Origin: Macrostomum lignano | Taxonomy: Eukaryota | NCBI GenBank assembly: GCA_002269645.1 | Contig: NIVC01000389.1 | Location: 44,665 to 108,664, forward strand | DNA: 64,000 nt | Direction: 5' to 3' | In this document: positions 22,690-35,377 of the stretch, in pieces | How the letters are laid out: every line of letters begins with the position of its first letter | Numbering within the stretch: position 1 is the stretch's first letter | Position numbers and translations under genes: made by a program | The notes under the pieces: model-generated | What the model saw: the letters and a program-made list of their open reading frames with translations, nothing else | The model's database searches: none | Told to the model about the DNA's origin: nothing

Positions 22690-25600
22690 ATGAACATGTT
22701 TAAACTGGGCCGGCAGAAGACGCCTAAGGATTTGGTTGTCCAGCTGCACAACGCGCTGAGGGTGCTGGCAGCCGACGGCGGCGGAGGTGCCAGCGGTGCT
22801 CGAGATTTGAAGAAGGCCCAGGAGGACGTTGCCAAAGCGCTGACTTCGATCAAGACTCTACTAACGGAGCGAGTGGATCCCAGCTCGAAGGAGGCCGAGG
22901 CCAACTCGGAGAAGGCTCGGATTAGCGACGCCCTGACTGACATCTCGCAGGAGATATTCAGCTCGGAGTGCCGCAACACCATTCCCCTGCTGCTGGACAA
23001 CATCGACAAGATCGACTTCGAGTGCTCCAAGTTTGTTGAGCACCTGTTTACCCACCTGATGTCCAAGAAGGTGGCTAATCGTCACCCGGCTATTGAGTAC
23101 ATCATCGAGAACATGACTGTGCTGTACCGCTTAGTGGAGGGCTACAACCGGCCAGAGCACGCCATCAGCTTCGGAGGCATGCTGCGCGAGGCCTGCAGGC
23201 ACGAGAAAATCGCCGAGAAGTTTCTCTGGGATCAGCGATTCTATGACCTGTTCGCCCACGTGCACGGCACCGCCTTCGACGTGAGCAGCGACGCCTTCAC
23301 CACTTTGAAGGATCTGCTGACCCGGCACAAAGCTATGGTGGCCAAGTTCCTCGAGGCAAATTTCAATCATTTCTTTGATAATTATCGGGGCCTGATTGAG
23401 TCTGAGAATTATGTTACTAAGCGGCAGGCTTTAAAGGTGAGTAACTCGGTTGGCGTTGTCAATATCAAATATCCTGCTTGAGGAGGCGACCTTAAGTTAG
23501 TACCGCTTAATAGAACTGGTACCGCTGCTTTGTCGTGCGATGCAATGCCCATGAGGCCCTTTAGGCCATACAGGGTGCCTTAAAGCAGCACTTCAAAGTT
23601 CAATGATTTTTTGTCAACTGGAACTTCCGTTTAGATATAGGCAGAGAAAATGATCCCATCCAGTCCATTAGCTAATGATCCCATCGCGTAGCTAATTATC
23701 CCATCCTGTACCCAATAATCCCATCTAGTAGCTAATGATCCCATCCAGTTTCTAATGATCATATGCAGTAGCTAATGATCCCTTTCAGTTTCTAATGATC
23801 ATATGCAGTAGCTAATGATCCCATCCAGTAGCTAATGATCCCATCCAGTTTCTAATGATCATATGCAGTAGCTAATGATCCCATCCAGTTTCTAATGATC
23901 ATATGCAGTAGCTAATGATCCCATCCAGTTTCTAATGATCATATGCAGTAGCTAATGATCCCATCCAGTAGCTAATGATCCCATCCAGTTTCTAATGATC
24001 CCATCCAGTTTCTAATGATCATATGCAGTAGCTACTGATCCCTTTCAGTTTCTAATGATCCCATCCAGTAGCTAATGATCACAACCAGTTTCTAATGATC
24101 CCATCCAGTAGCTAATAATCTCATCCAGTTTTTAATGATCATATGCAGTAGCTAATGATCCCATCCAGTAGGTAATGATCCCATCCCGTAGCTAATCATA
24201 ACATTCCGTAGCTAATGATCCCATCCAGTACCTAATGATCCCATCTAGTAGCTAATGATCCCATCCAGTAGCTAATGATCCCATCCAGTATCTAATGATC
24301 CCATTCATAGCTAATTGCTTTCCAACATTACTAGGGCTCATTGTGCTCTCAGACCTGCAGCCACAGCAGTGCAGCGGTCAGAGGTTTGCACAGAGACTGG
24401 GCCCAGATCAGGAGCTGCCCCAGCCTGCCTAACTGGAAGCGCCAGCTCTGCGCTGCTCATGCAGCTCTCACGGGCTGGGGCTTTTACCAAGCATGCCACA
24501 CTTGAAATTTGCTGATCCCATCCCGTAGCTAATGATCCCATCCCTAGGTTTATGCTCCCATCCAGTAGCTAATGATCCCATTCATAGCTAATTGCATTCC
24601 AACATTACTAGGGCTCATTGTGCTCTCAGACCTGCAGCCACAGCAGTGCAGCGGTCAGAGGTTTGCACAGAGACTGGGCCCAGATCAGGAGCTGCCCCAG
24701 CCTGCCTAACTGGAAGCGCCAGCTCTGCGCTGCTCATGCAGCTCTCACGGGCTGGGGCTTTTACCAAGCATGCCACACTTAAAATTTGCTGATCCCATCA
24801 CGAGTTTTATGATCCCATCCCGTAGCTAATGATCCCATCCCTAGGTTTATGCTCCCATCCAGTAGCTAATGATCCCATTCATAGCTAATTGCATTCCAAA
24901 ATTACTAGGGCTCATTGTGCTCTCAGACCTGCAGCCACAGCAGTGCAGCGGTCAGAGGTTTGCACAGAGACTGGGCCCAGATCAGGAGCTTCCCCAGCCT
25001 GCCTAACTGGAAGCGCCAGCTCTGCGCTGCTCATGCAGCTCTCACAGGCTGGGGCTTTTACCAAGCATGCCACACTTGAAATTTGCTGATCCCATCACGA
25101 GTTTTATGATCCCATCCCGTAGCTAATGATCCCATCCCTAGGTTTATGCTCCCATCCAGTAGCTAATGATCCCATTCAGTAGCTAATGATCCCATACAGT
25201 ATCTAATGATCCTATCCCGTAGCTAATCATTACATTCCGTAGCTAATGATCCCATCCAGTACCTAATGATCCCATCCATTAGCTAATGATCCCATCCCGT
25301 AGCTAATGATCCCATCCAGTAGCTAATGATCCCATTCATAGCTAATTGCATTCCAAAATTACTAGGGCTCATTGTGCTCTCAGACCTGCAGCCACAGCAG
25401 TGCAGCGGTCAGAGGTTTGCACAGAGACTGGGCCCAGATCAGGAGCTTCCCCAGCCTGCCTAACTGGAAGCGCCAGCTCTGCGCTGCTCATGCAGCTCTC
25501 ACGGGCTGGGGCTTTTACCAAGCATGCCACACTTGAAATTTGCTGATCCCATCACGAGTTTTATGATCCCATCCCGTAGCTAATGATCCCATCCCTAGGT

Positions 25601-28600
25601 TTATGCTCCCATCCAGTAGCTAATGATCCCATTCATAGCTAATTGCATTCCAAAATTACTAGGGCTCATTGTGCTCTCAGACCTGCAGCCACAGCAGTGC
25701 AGCGGTCAGAGGTTTGCACAGAGACTGGGCCCAGATCAGGAGCTTCCCCAGCCTGCCTAACTGGAAGCGCCAGCTCTGCGCTGCTCATGCAGCTCTCACG
25801 GGCTGGGGCTTTTACCAAGCATGCCACACTTGGAACTTGCTGATCACATGTAGAATTAATAATGACGTCATCGTTTAGATAATTATCCCAACCATCCACG
25901 ATAAAGAAGCCACGAATAATGGAGTTGTCTATCAGTATTTTTATTTGTGTTAATATTTATTTATAGAATCGATTTTCATAAAACTTGCACCGTTTTATCA
26001 GAAATTTTCTAAATTTTTCGATATCACTTTTTTGCAAAGGTCAAGCAGAATTTACACCCTAAATGTAGTATGCCTATTGTAGAGAGAAAAACTGACTGAA
26101 TCCTGATTCTGAAAGAGACAGTGTGAAAGTGTGACAGTGTGGAAAACACAGTGTGAAAGCATTGCAACTTAGCGTAACCATACTGTTCCTTTTAATCAAC
26201 GGCGACGAGACCGTCTGGGTGTTCATAACTGACTTGATGTGAGTGTTAAAATATAGGTGCTGCAATTCATGTCAGCGTCATGTCAACCATCAAAAAGCCT
26301 CACGTCAAACATACTAGAAGCGTCATGTCAACCATAAAAGAAGCCTGACGTCAACCATAAAAGAAGCCTCGCGTCAAGCATAAAAGAAGCCTGACGTCAA
26401 GCATAAAAGAAGCCTGACGTCAAGCATAAAAGAAGCCTCACGTCAACCATAAAAGAAGCCTCGCGTCAAGCATAAAAGAAGCCTGACGTCAAGCATAAAA
26501 GAAGCCTCACGTCAAGCATAAAAGAAGCCTCACGTCAAGCATAAAAGAAGCCTCACGTCAACCATAAAAGAAGCCTCGCGTCAAGCATAAAAGAAGCCTG
26601 ACGTCAAGCATAAAAGAAGCCTCACGTCAACCATAAAAGAAGCCTCGCGTCAAGCATAAAAGAAGCCTGACGTCAAGCATAAAAGAAGCCTCGCGTCAAG
26701 CATAAAAGAAGCCTGACGTCAAGCATAAAAGAAGCCTGACGTCAAGCATAAAAGAAGCCTGACGTCAACCATAAAAGAAGCCTCGCGTCAAACATAAAAG
26801 AAGCCCCACGTCAACCATAAAAGAAGCCCCACGTCAAACATAAAAGAAGCCTCACGTCAACCATAAAAGAAGCCTCGCGTCAACCATTAAAGAAGCCTGA
26901 CGTCAACCATAAAAGAAGCCTCGCGTCAAACATAAAAGAAGCCTCACGTCAAACATAAAAGAAGCCTCACGTCAAACATAAAAGAAGCCTCGCGTCAAAC
27001 ATAAAAGAAGCCTCACGTCAAGCATAAAAGAAGCCTCACGTCAAGCATAAAAGAAGCCTCACGTCAAGCATAAAAGAAGCCTCACGTCAACCATAAAAGA
27101 AGCGTCACGTAAAGCATAAAAGAAGCGTCACGTAAAGCATAAAAGAAGCCTCACGTCAACCATAAAAGAAGCGTCACGTAAAGCATAAAAGAAGCGTCAC
27201 GTAAAGCATAAAAGAAGCCTCACGTCAACCATAAAAGAAGCGTCACGTAAAGCATAAAAGAAGCGTCACGTAAAGCATAAAAGAAGCCTCACGTCAACCA
27301 TAAAAGAAGTGTCTGTAAACCATGAAAGACTCGCGGGGGAATTGCTAAGTTGTCAGGGTTTATAGGGGGGAATAAAGGTTAAGATTAGGATTAGCTAACC
27401 TATCTCGTCTAACAATAAATGATCCCATTCGGTAGCTAATGATTTTATCGTTTAGAAAATTATCCTATCTAGTTAATAATATTAAAACTACCTATCCAAG
27501 CGTCCCAACATTCCAGATCCGTAAAAAGTTTAACTAATGCATCTATTTTTAACTGCTAATTTTTTCCGATCCTAAAACTGTACTGCCTCGTGTATCGAAC
27601 TGGACCCTGTGGCCTGAAGTTTGTGACCCAATTTCCAACTATACAGATCAGCTGTATCCATGCTTGATCCATCCCTCTTGCATCTTCCCAGCTACTTGGC
27701 GAGCTGCTTCTGGATCGCTACAACTACAAAGTGATGACTCTCTACATTACCAATGCGGAGAATCTCAAACTGATTATGAATGCACTCAAGAGCCGACAGA
27801 AGCAGATCGCTTTCGAAGCTTTTCACTGCTTTAAGGTTAGTTACTGAGATCTGTTAAATTTTGTGTCCCTGATCTTAGCAAGGGTTTCATTTAATTGTTG
27901 ACTCTGACTTCACTGTGTCCTTGACCCGGTGTCTTACCCGGTGTCTAGCCTGGTGTCTTTGACCTGGGTGTCTAGCCTGGTGTCTTTGACCTCGGTGCCT
28001 AACCTTGTGTCCTTGACCCCGGTGTCTAACCTGGTGTCTTTGATCCCGGTGTCTTACCTGGTGTCCTAGACCCCGGTGTCTAACCTGGTGTCGTTGACCC
28101 CGGTGTCCTACCTGGTGTCCTTGACCCCGGTGTCCTACCTGGTTTCCTTGACCCCGGTGTCCTACCTGGTTTCCTTGACCCCGGTGTCCTACCTGATTTC
28201 CTTGACCCCGGTGTCCTACCTGGTGTCTAACCTGGTGTCCTTGACCCCGGTGTCTAACCTGGTGTCCTTGACCCCGGCGTCTTACATGATGTCGTTGAGC
28301 CGTAATTTTGGCTAGTCTTTATCGATAGTCCTTTGTCAAGTTTTTTAGCTCTTTTTGGCCTCACTAACGCCTGGATCGGACACCCCACTGTCCTCCCCTC
28401 CGTCGCAGGTGTTTGTGGCCAACCCGAACAAGCCCCGCGCGGTGCACAACATCCTGGTGCAGAATCAGGACCGCCTAGTAGAATTCTTGCAGAACTTCCA
28501 GACAGACCGGCAGTGCGACAACCAGTTTAGCGAAGAGAAGCAGTACCTGGTCAAGCAGATCCGAGACCTTCGCCCGCTGCCGCCTCCGCCGCCAGCCGCC

Positions 28601-28654
28601 GCGACCCCGGCATCAGCAGCTGCTGCAGCCTCCGCTGATGGGGCCGCCATGTAG
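22690..28654 (+). CDS. CAB39: Calcium-binding protein 39 / MO25 (378 aa), exons 22690-23436, 27692-27835, 28409-28654
   Basis: Motifs [46 protein letters not shown]|[11 protein letters not shown]...[10 protein letters not shown]|VFVANPNK...FQTDR...[16 protein letters not shown]. Both introns are phase 0 GT-AG. Confidence 0.96.
23650..25850. repeat. Composite array: 20-bp minisatellite interleaved with five ~200-bp GC-rich cassettes
   Basis: AGCTAATGATCCCATCCAGT units. Near-identical cassettes at 24315, 24592, 24889, 25346 and 25643 (spacings 277, 297, 457, 297). Confidence 0.93.
26318..27310. repeat. 23-bp minisatellite
   Basis: CGTCAAGCATAAAAGAAGCCTCA and variants (CCTGA/CCTCG), about 43 copies. 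Confidence 0.95.
27915..28285. repeat. 27-bp degenerate minisatellite in CAB39 intron 2
   Basis: ACCTGGTGTCCTTGACCCCGGTGTCTA-like units. Confidence 0.9.
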
Positions 28655-28925
28655 AACGGAGGTCCCAGCAGAGCGCGCCTCATCAGGAACTCCTGAAAGT
28701 TTCATAGGTCTCGCCGCGTGCATATCCTTGTTCCTTGGTCTGCTTTAACTTTGTTTACTTCTCTTTAATTTTGTATTTGTCTTTTTCGCTTGTTGCCGTC
28801 GGCTCTGTCGCTTGGTAATGTTTTGGGACTTTGTTTGGCTGCCTTCTTTCAATGGCTTCTTGTGCGGAATGGGCTGGCTGGAGTGGAGGAGGGTAGACAA
28901 TCAGACTCTAAGCATATCAATAATC

Positions 28926-29355
<430 letters not shown>

Positions 29356-30149
29356 ACGGCAGATAAGCAGCAGGCACAGAAGCCCTGCCAGCCCAGTCGC
29401 ACCTGTCCCAGTCTCATCATCAATAGTTCAGCACCTTAGAAAATCCGGGGCTGTCTGTAATCTGGCCTGCCGCACTGACTGCCGACACCTCTGCCTTGTG
29501 CGGCTCAGCCCCGAGAGCTGCAGTACTTTCCGCGTCAATGCTCTGTCAATTATTATTTGTTGAACACCGCTAGCTAATGCTAAGCATATTCCAGGCACTT
29601 GTCAGGGGGGCAATCTTTAATCCGCTAACTTCATACTGACGCTGCCTGGCAACTCTCAGCTCACTATTGAATTCGCAAAAATGCACCAGAGCATTCTCAG
29701 CTTGATCCTGTGCCATGCAATAAAGTTTATTTATACATGTACATTTCCTGTGCTTCGACAAATAGGAAAAGCAGAAAAAATGTACTCTTTGTTTTGCATT
29801 GCTTGTATTCGTCTCAAAGATAATTAAAGCCAAGTTTATATATTATTTTTTAGTTCAGATTCACTTCGGCTCTCCTTCTTTCTTGAGTCTCTCTGCTTTT
29901 GTCACGCTTCTGTTTAATTCCAATTGCTCGTATTGCTGCTTCAAGTCAACCACTGTGTCTCTGTGATTCTCATGTCACCCCTGAGCTTCTGGCGGTGCCG
30001 CGCGCCTCTGCCAGCTCGATGAGTCTTCCCTCCCTGCTTTGCCTCCCATTCTCCCAGTTCCTCTTCTTTCATATCCGCTTCTTGTTCTCACTCAGTCCCT
30101 ACTTGTCTCTCATTTTCTGCTCCCTGCCCTAATTTCCACTGGCTACTCT

Positions 30150-30400
30150 TATCTTCCGCTCTCTGCTCTTATCTTCCGCTCTCTACCCTCATCTTCCGCT
30201 CTCTGCTCTTATCTTCCGCTCCCTACCCTCATCTTCCGCTCTCTGCTCTTATCTTCCGCTCTCTACCCTTATCTTCCGCTCTTTACCCTTATCTTCCGCT
30301 CCCTACCCTTATCTTCCGCTCCCTACCCTCATCTTCCACTCTCTACCCTCATCTTCCGCTCCTTACCCTCATCTTTCACTCTCTACCCTCATCTTCCGCT
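30150..30400. repeat. Pyrimidine-rich degenerate minisatellite
   Basis: Repeated ATCTTCCGCTC(T/C)CTACCCT(C/T) units. Confidence 0.8.
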
Positions 30401-31130
30401 CTCTCTTTGCAATCAGGTCTCTCCCTCTCTAAAAAGCAATTTTTTTATTTCCCTGCAATCGCGCGGCACACCTGCTGTTCCTGAATTGCTGCCATTTGCC
30501 TTTTGCCATTCGTCTGTGTGTTGACTCGCTTAATTAGTGATGGTTTATTCCGGAGTTATCGCTGCTAAGGATGGTTGCTATATACTTGTATATGGGAAAA
30601 CTATTAATTACAATAAAATTTAAGCCGGTTATATATATTCATGATATATTAATTATTAATTATTAATGATATACCCGGTTGTCTGTGCAGGCCGTTCTCA
30701 GAAACTCAGTTTTGTCGCTTATTTATCAGATTTATAAAAAGGACACACATTGCAGCCCCGTGCAATGAAGTTGATATAAAAATAGTTACACTAATCCCAA
30801 TAGACTAATTGTTATAATAATTACTAGTTTCACCCAAACCACTAATTTGTGATCAGCTTGTAAAGTTTGTGAATTTACTTCGGGGGCTCTCCCACCTTTA
30901 CTAATTAAATTGTTTAATTGCAAGTGCAACTGATTGTTTAGTTTGTTTTAATTTGCTCCGCAATTTTTAACCCGCTTTCATTGGGCTCGTCTGTTATTTA
31001 ATATATAAATATATATATATGAATTTATATTATATGCCACATATACGCATAAAGCTCTACTGTCAGTAAAGATATTTTATCACTGCATTGTCTGCCTTCG
31101 CTACTTTAATAGTTGTTAATCGCTGAGCTG

Positions 31131-31330
31131 CCAGCCTCCCAGATCCTCAGTTGCTGTGCCAGCCTCCCAGATCCTCAGTTGCTGTGCCAGCCTCCCAGAT
31201 CCTCAGTTGCTGGGCCAGCCTCCCAGATCCTCAGTTGCTGTGCCAGCCTCCCAGATCCTCAGTTGCTGTACCAGCCTCCCAGATCCTCAGTTGCTGGGCC
31301 AGCCTCCCAGATCCTCAGTTGCTGGGCCAC
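31131..31330. repeat. 28-bp minisatellite
   Basis: GCCAGCCTCCCAGATCCTCAGTTGCTGT, about 7 copies. Confidence 0.92.
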
Positions 31331-31825
31331 AGAAACTTAAAAGTCCATTAGCTTTACATAATGGTGGCTCAGATCATATCAGATCAGCCATGTATATTCA
31401 TATAAACATGGGAGCAGTCTCAGCTGCATGTATGCACAGCGGGCACAAAATCGACAGCGAATTGCAAGTGAGCATTCTTGCGTAAAAAATTAGCAATTAT
31501 AGACGACAAAAGCAGATCGCGTGTTCCTGTCAGAAGTGACTTTCCTATGATGAAAAAATCAATGAAAGAAAAATTTTGTAAATTAATTGCAGTTACATGT
31601 ACTACTCGTATAACGCTACTTTAGGTAACAATTGCAAGAAACGCATCTTTTCATTTAATTTATATACTGTATGCATATATTAGTATGCAGAGATTCGTAT
31701 TTCATTCTTGAGGCCTTCCGTCAGCAAATATCAACAGTCGATCTGAAATCAATAAAGCGTTATAAATTTGTTAACTTAGTCTTATATTACAGGTATAAAT
31801 TAGCTTCGAAAAGCCAACCGATCTG

Positions 31826-34800
31826 TCACAAAGACTTACACGGCTTGAGCTTCCAGACCTCCTTGAAGTAGGCGGGTGGCAGATGGCCCGTGTCGTCACC
31901 CTCGCACAGAATCACACTGTTGCGGGACACGCAGAATTTGAAACCGTCTGAAGGATTGAAGAAGCCGTTGGAGCTCAGTAGCGGATTTAGAGGGGGGCGC
32001 ACAGGGCGCGCCCCCCCCCGTTGAGTTTGTTTTTTTATTTTGTAAATGGAAAATACACATTATCATGTACATATACTTGGACATGATATGAATATATATG
32101 CATGTACCTTAGTAGTCTGCGCCCCCCGTTCAAAATTTTCTGGATCCGCTACTGTTGGAGCTGTTGTTTCGACTCCCAGCCTCAAATCAAGTTTCACTCC
32201 TGCATCAGTCTCTTGAATCCAGGTTCTCCACCCCTGCATCAGTCTCTTGAATCCAGTCTCACCCAGCTGCATCAGTCTCTTGAATCCAGGTTCTCCACCC
32301 CTGCATCAGTCTCTTGAATCCAGTCTCACCCAGCTGCATCAGTCTCTTGAATCCAGGTTCTCCACCCCTGCATCAGTCTCTTGAATCCAGTCTCACCCAG
32401 CTGCATCAGTCTCTTGAATCCAGTCTCATCCAGCTGCATCAGTCTCTTGAATCCACGTTCTCCACCCCTGCATCAGTCTCTTGAATCCAGTCTCACCCCT
32501 GCATCAGTCTCTTGAATCCAGTCTCACCCAGCTGCATCAGTCTCTTGAATCCAGTCTCATCCAGCTGCATCAGTCTCTTGAATCCACGTTCTCCACCCCT
32601 GCATCAGTCTCTTGAATCCAGTCTCACCCAGCTGCATCAGTCTCTTGAATCCAGTCTCACCCCTGCATCAGTCTCTTGAATCCAGTCTCACCCCTGCATC
32701 AGTCTCTTGAATCCAGTCTCACCCAGCTGCATCAGTCTCTTGAATCCAGTCTCATCCAGCTGCATCAGTCTCTTGAATCCACGTTCTCCACCCCTGCATC
32801 AGTCTCTTGAATCCAGTCTCACCCAGCTGCATCAGTCTCTTGAATCCAGTCTCACCCCTGCATCAGTCTCTTGAATCCAGTCTCACCCCTGCATCAGTCT
32901 CTTGAATCCAGTCTCACCCAGCTGCATCAGTCTCTTGAATCCAGTCTCATCCAGCTGCATCAGTCTCTTGAATCCACGTTCTCCACCCCTGCATCAGTCT
33001 CTTGAATCCAGTCTCACCCAGCTGCATCAGTCTCTTGAATCCAGTCTCACCCAGCTGCATCAGTCTCTTGAATCCAGTCTCACCCAGCTGCATCAGTCTC
33101 TTGAATCCAGTCTCACCCCTGCATCAGTCTCTTGAATCCAGTCTCACCCAGCTGCATCAGTCTCTTGAATCCAGTCTCATCCAGCTGCATCAGTCTCTTG
33201 AATCCACGTTCTCCACCCCTGCATCAGTCTCTTGAATCCAGTCTCACCCAGCTGCATCAGTCTCTTGAATCCAGTCTCACCCAGCTGCATCAGTCCCTTG
33301 AATCCAGTCTCACCCCTGCATCAGTCTCTTGAATCCACGTTCTCCACCCCTGCATCAGTCTCTTGAATCCAGTCTCACCCAGCTGCATCAGTCTCTTGAA
33401 TCCAGTCTCACCCAGCTGCATCAGTCCCTTGAATCCAGTCTCACCCCTGCATCAGTCTCTTGAATCCACGTTCTCCACCCCTGCATCAGTCTCTTGAATC
33501 CAGTCTCACCCAGCTGCATCAGTCTCTTGAATCCAGTCTCACCCAGCTGCATCAGTCTCTTGAATCCAGTCTCACCCAGCTGCATCAGTCTCTTGAATCC
33601 AGTCTCACCCCTGCATCAGTCTCTTGAATCCAGTCTCACCCAGCTGCATCAGTCTCTTGAATCCAGTCTCATCCAGCTGCATCAGTCTCTTGAATCCACG
33701 TTCTCCACCCCTGCATCAGTCTCTTGAATCCAGTCTCACCCAGCTGCATCAGTCTCTTGAATCCAGTCTCACCCAGCTGCATCAGTCTCTTGAATCCAGT
33801 CTCACCCAGCTGCATCAGTCTCTTGAATCCAGTCTCACCCAGCTGCATCAGTCTCTCCTCTCCTGCATCACCCAACCGAGCTCACCAGCCAGCGCTTTTG
33901 GCAGGTCAACGAAGATCAGCACATCGGCCGACTGCCTCAGCCCGGAGATGGCCCCCCATCAGAGCCGCCAGCCTCGCTACTGACGGCAAAGTGGATGTGG
34001 GTCCTGTTCATCCGGCTCAGACCCTGCGCAGAAATACTTCGCCAGTGCCTCATGTACGTGCCGTGCACCGCAACCGGGAACTGGTGACAGTTGTCAGCTG
34101 TTATTGGCTGCAGGTCGAGGCCGTCCACCTCCTTGATGGAGTGGCCCTGCACTGCTCGGATTTGCAACGCGCCGTCATCTGCTGACCGCAGCTCGAAGCG
34201 CTTCTTGCTGTTTGTTGACACAACTCTGCGATATAGGTCAAAGTGCTCGAGGGTCAGGCTTGACGTGGGTCAAAGGGTCAGGGTCAGCATGGAATTCCGA
34301 GGGTCAAGTTGTCCGGAAGTGGGTCAAGGTGTCCGAGGATCAGAATTGAAGTGGGTCAAGGTGTCCGAGGATCAGAATGGAAGTGGGTCAAGGTGTCCGA
34401 TCAGGATCAGAATGGAAGTGTGTCAAGGTGTTAGAGGATCAGAATGGAAGTAGGTCAGTCAGGTTGGGCATCCATAGGTCAGTGTGGCCAACAAACCTTT
34501 GAATGTCATCCAATGTATACCCTCGGAATTGTTGATGCGCAAGAACGTCAGCCACATTGAGGTAGCAGCCATCGATGAACTTGAAGCCTTGCTCAGTGGC
34601 GCCATGTCGGAGCAGCCAAGCAAGCCTTTTGCTTAAGCGAGAATCACCTCGCCTCTAAAAATGGTAAGCTTTATATTTACTTAATATATATGGAACAAAT
34701 CAGAGCAAAAAAGCTTTGTTCCATGGAAACTAGTTAAAATTATTGATATAAATACATTTCTATTTATTTAACTTGCACTAAATATATAAGGTATATAATT

Positions 34801-35377
34801 TAGTTGTGCTATTCTGAAGCTAGTCTAAAATGAGGTAGCCAAAACAAGTCTCTAAATAATTTTGACAAAAATATAGTCGTATTTGTTGAACTTGCAGATA
34901 TTATTTAGCTATGCTTTTTTAAAGCCAAACAAAAATTGTTTACAATTTTTTCCATAGAATCTTTGTCATTATCTTTATTGAATAAAAAAGGTCTTTATGC
35001 AAACACAGTCTTTAACTTTTACTAAATGTTTTTATAGTGTTTCAATTAATTATTGCTAAAAGATAAAAATATTTTGATTAAAATAACAAACAGAAGAAAT
35101 AATCCAACAGAAGGACAATAATAAATAAATATAAAAAGGATGAGATTGATTAAAAAGCTAAAAGTGCCTTGAATGTTAGAAAATTATTTTGTGTTGACAT
35201 TTCATTCCTCCTCTAATTCCTTTTGAATATAGGAATTATTCTTGCAACTGGGTGAACTTCTTGAGTAAATTAATAATTTTTCAGAAACATAGCCTCAAAA
35301 GAACAGAATAGCAGAGCTGCAGAGGTAAGTGTATATAATTTACTAATCTGCATTTTTAAAGAACTTACCTCAGCCAT
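31826..35377 (-). CDS. TRPT1: tRNA 2'-phosphotransferase (Tpt1/KptA family), exons 35377-35369 (tentative), 34654-34497, 34225-33886, 31947-31826; one-base frameshift at G6 run 33952-33957
   Basis: RLSKRLAWLLRHG, IRAVQGHS, VHGTYMRHWRSI...GLSRMNRTHIHFA, then (+1 base) AISGLRQSADVLIFVD...AL|ADGFKFCVSRNSVILCEG...LPPAYF. Both catalytic R-H-type motifs are present and splice phases are consistent. Total 629 nt, or 630 nt with one extra G. Confidence 0.93.
31976..32154. mobile_element. hAT-type MITE (179 bp)
   Basis: TIR CAGTAGCGGAT at both ends. 8-bp TSD TTGGAGCT at 31968-31975 and 32155-32162. It lies ~25 nt from the last TRPT1 acceptor. Confidence 0.92.
32197..33855. repeat. 31-34-bp minisatellite filling TRPT1 intron 3
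   Basis: CTGCATCAGTCTCTTGAATCCAGTCTCACCCAG with 31-bp and 34-bp variants, about 50 copies. Confidence 0.96.
34255..34450. repeat. ~32-bp degenerate repeat in TRPT1 intron 2
   Basis: GTGGGTCAAGGTGTCCGAGGATCAGAATGGAA-like units, about 4-5 copies. Confidence 0.8.

Noticed and set aside
23650-25850. CRISPR-like appearance (short repeats separated by longer segments)
   Set aside because: The would-be spacers are near-identical 200-bp copies, the repeats are contiguous in tandem, there are no cas genes, and the context is a spliceosomal intron.
27583-27655. tRNA-like A-box/B-box on the - strand (TATAGTTGG ... GTTCGATAC)
   Set aside because: Box spacing fits Pol III, but no acceptor stem or cloverleaf could be paired. 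At most a decayed SINE head, not a tRNA gene.
32902-33983. Series of MNPVSPSCISLL ORFs
   Set aside because: Intronic repeat translations antisense to TRPT1.
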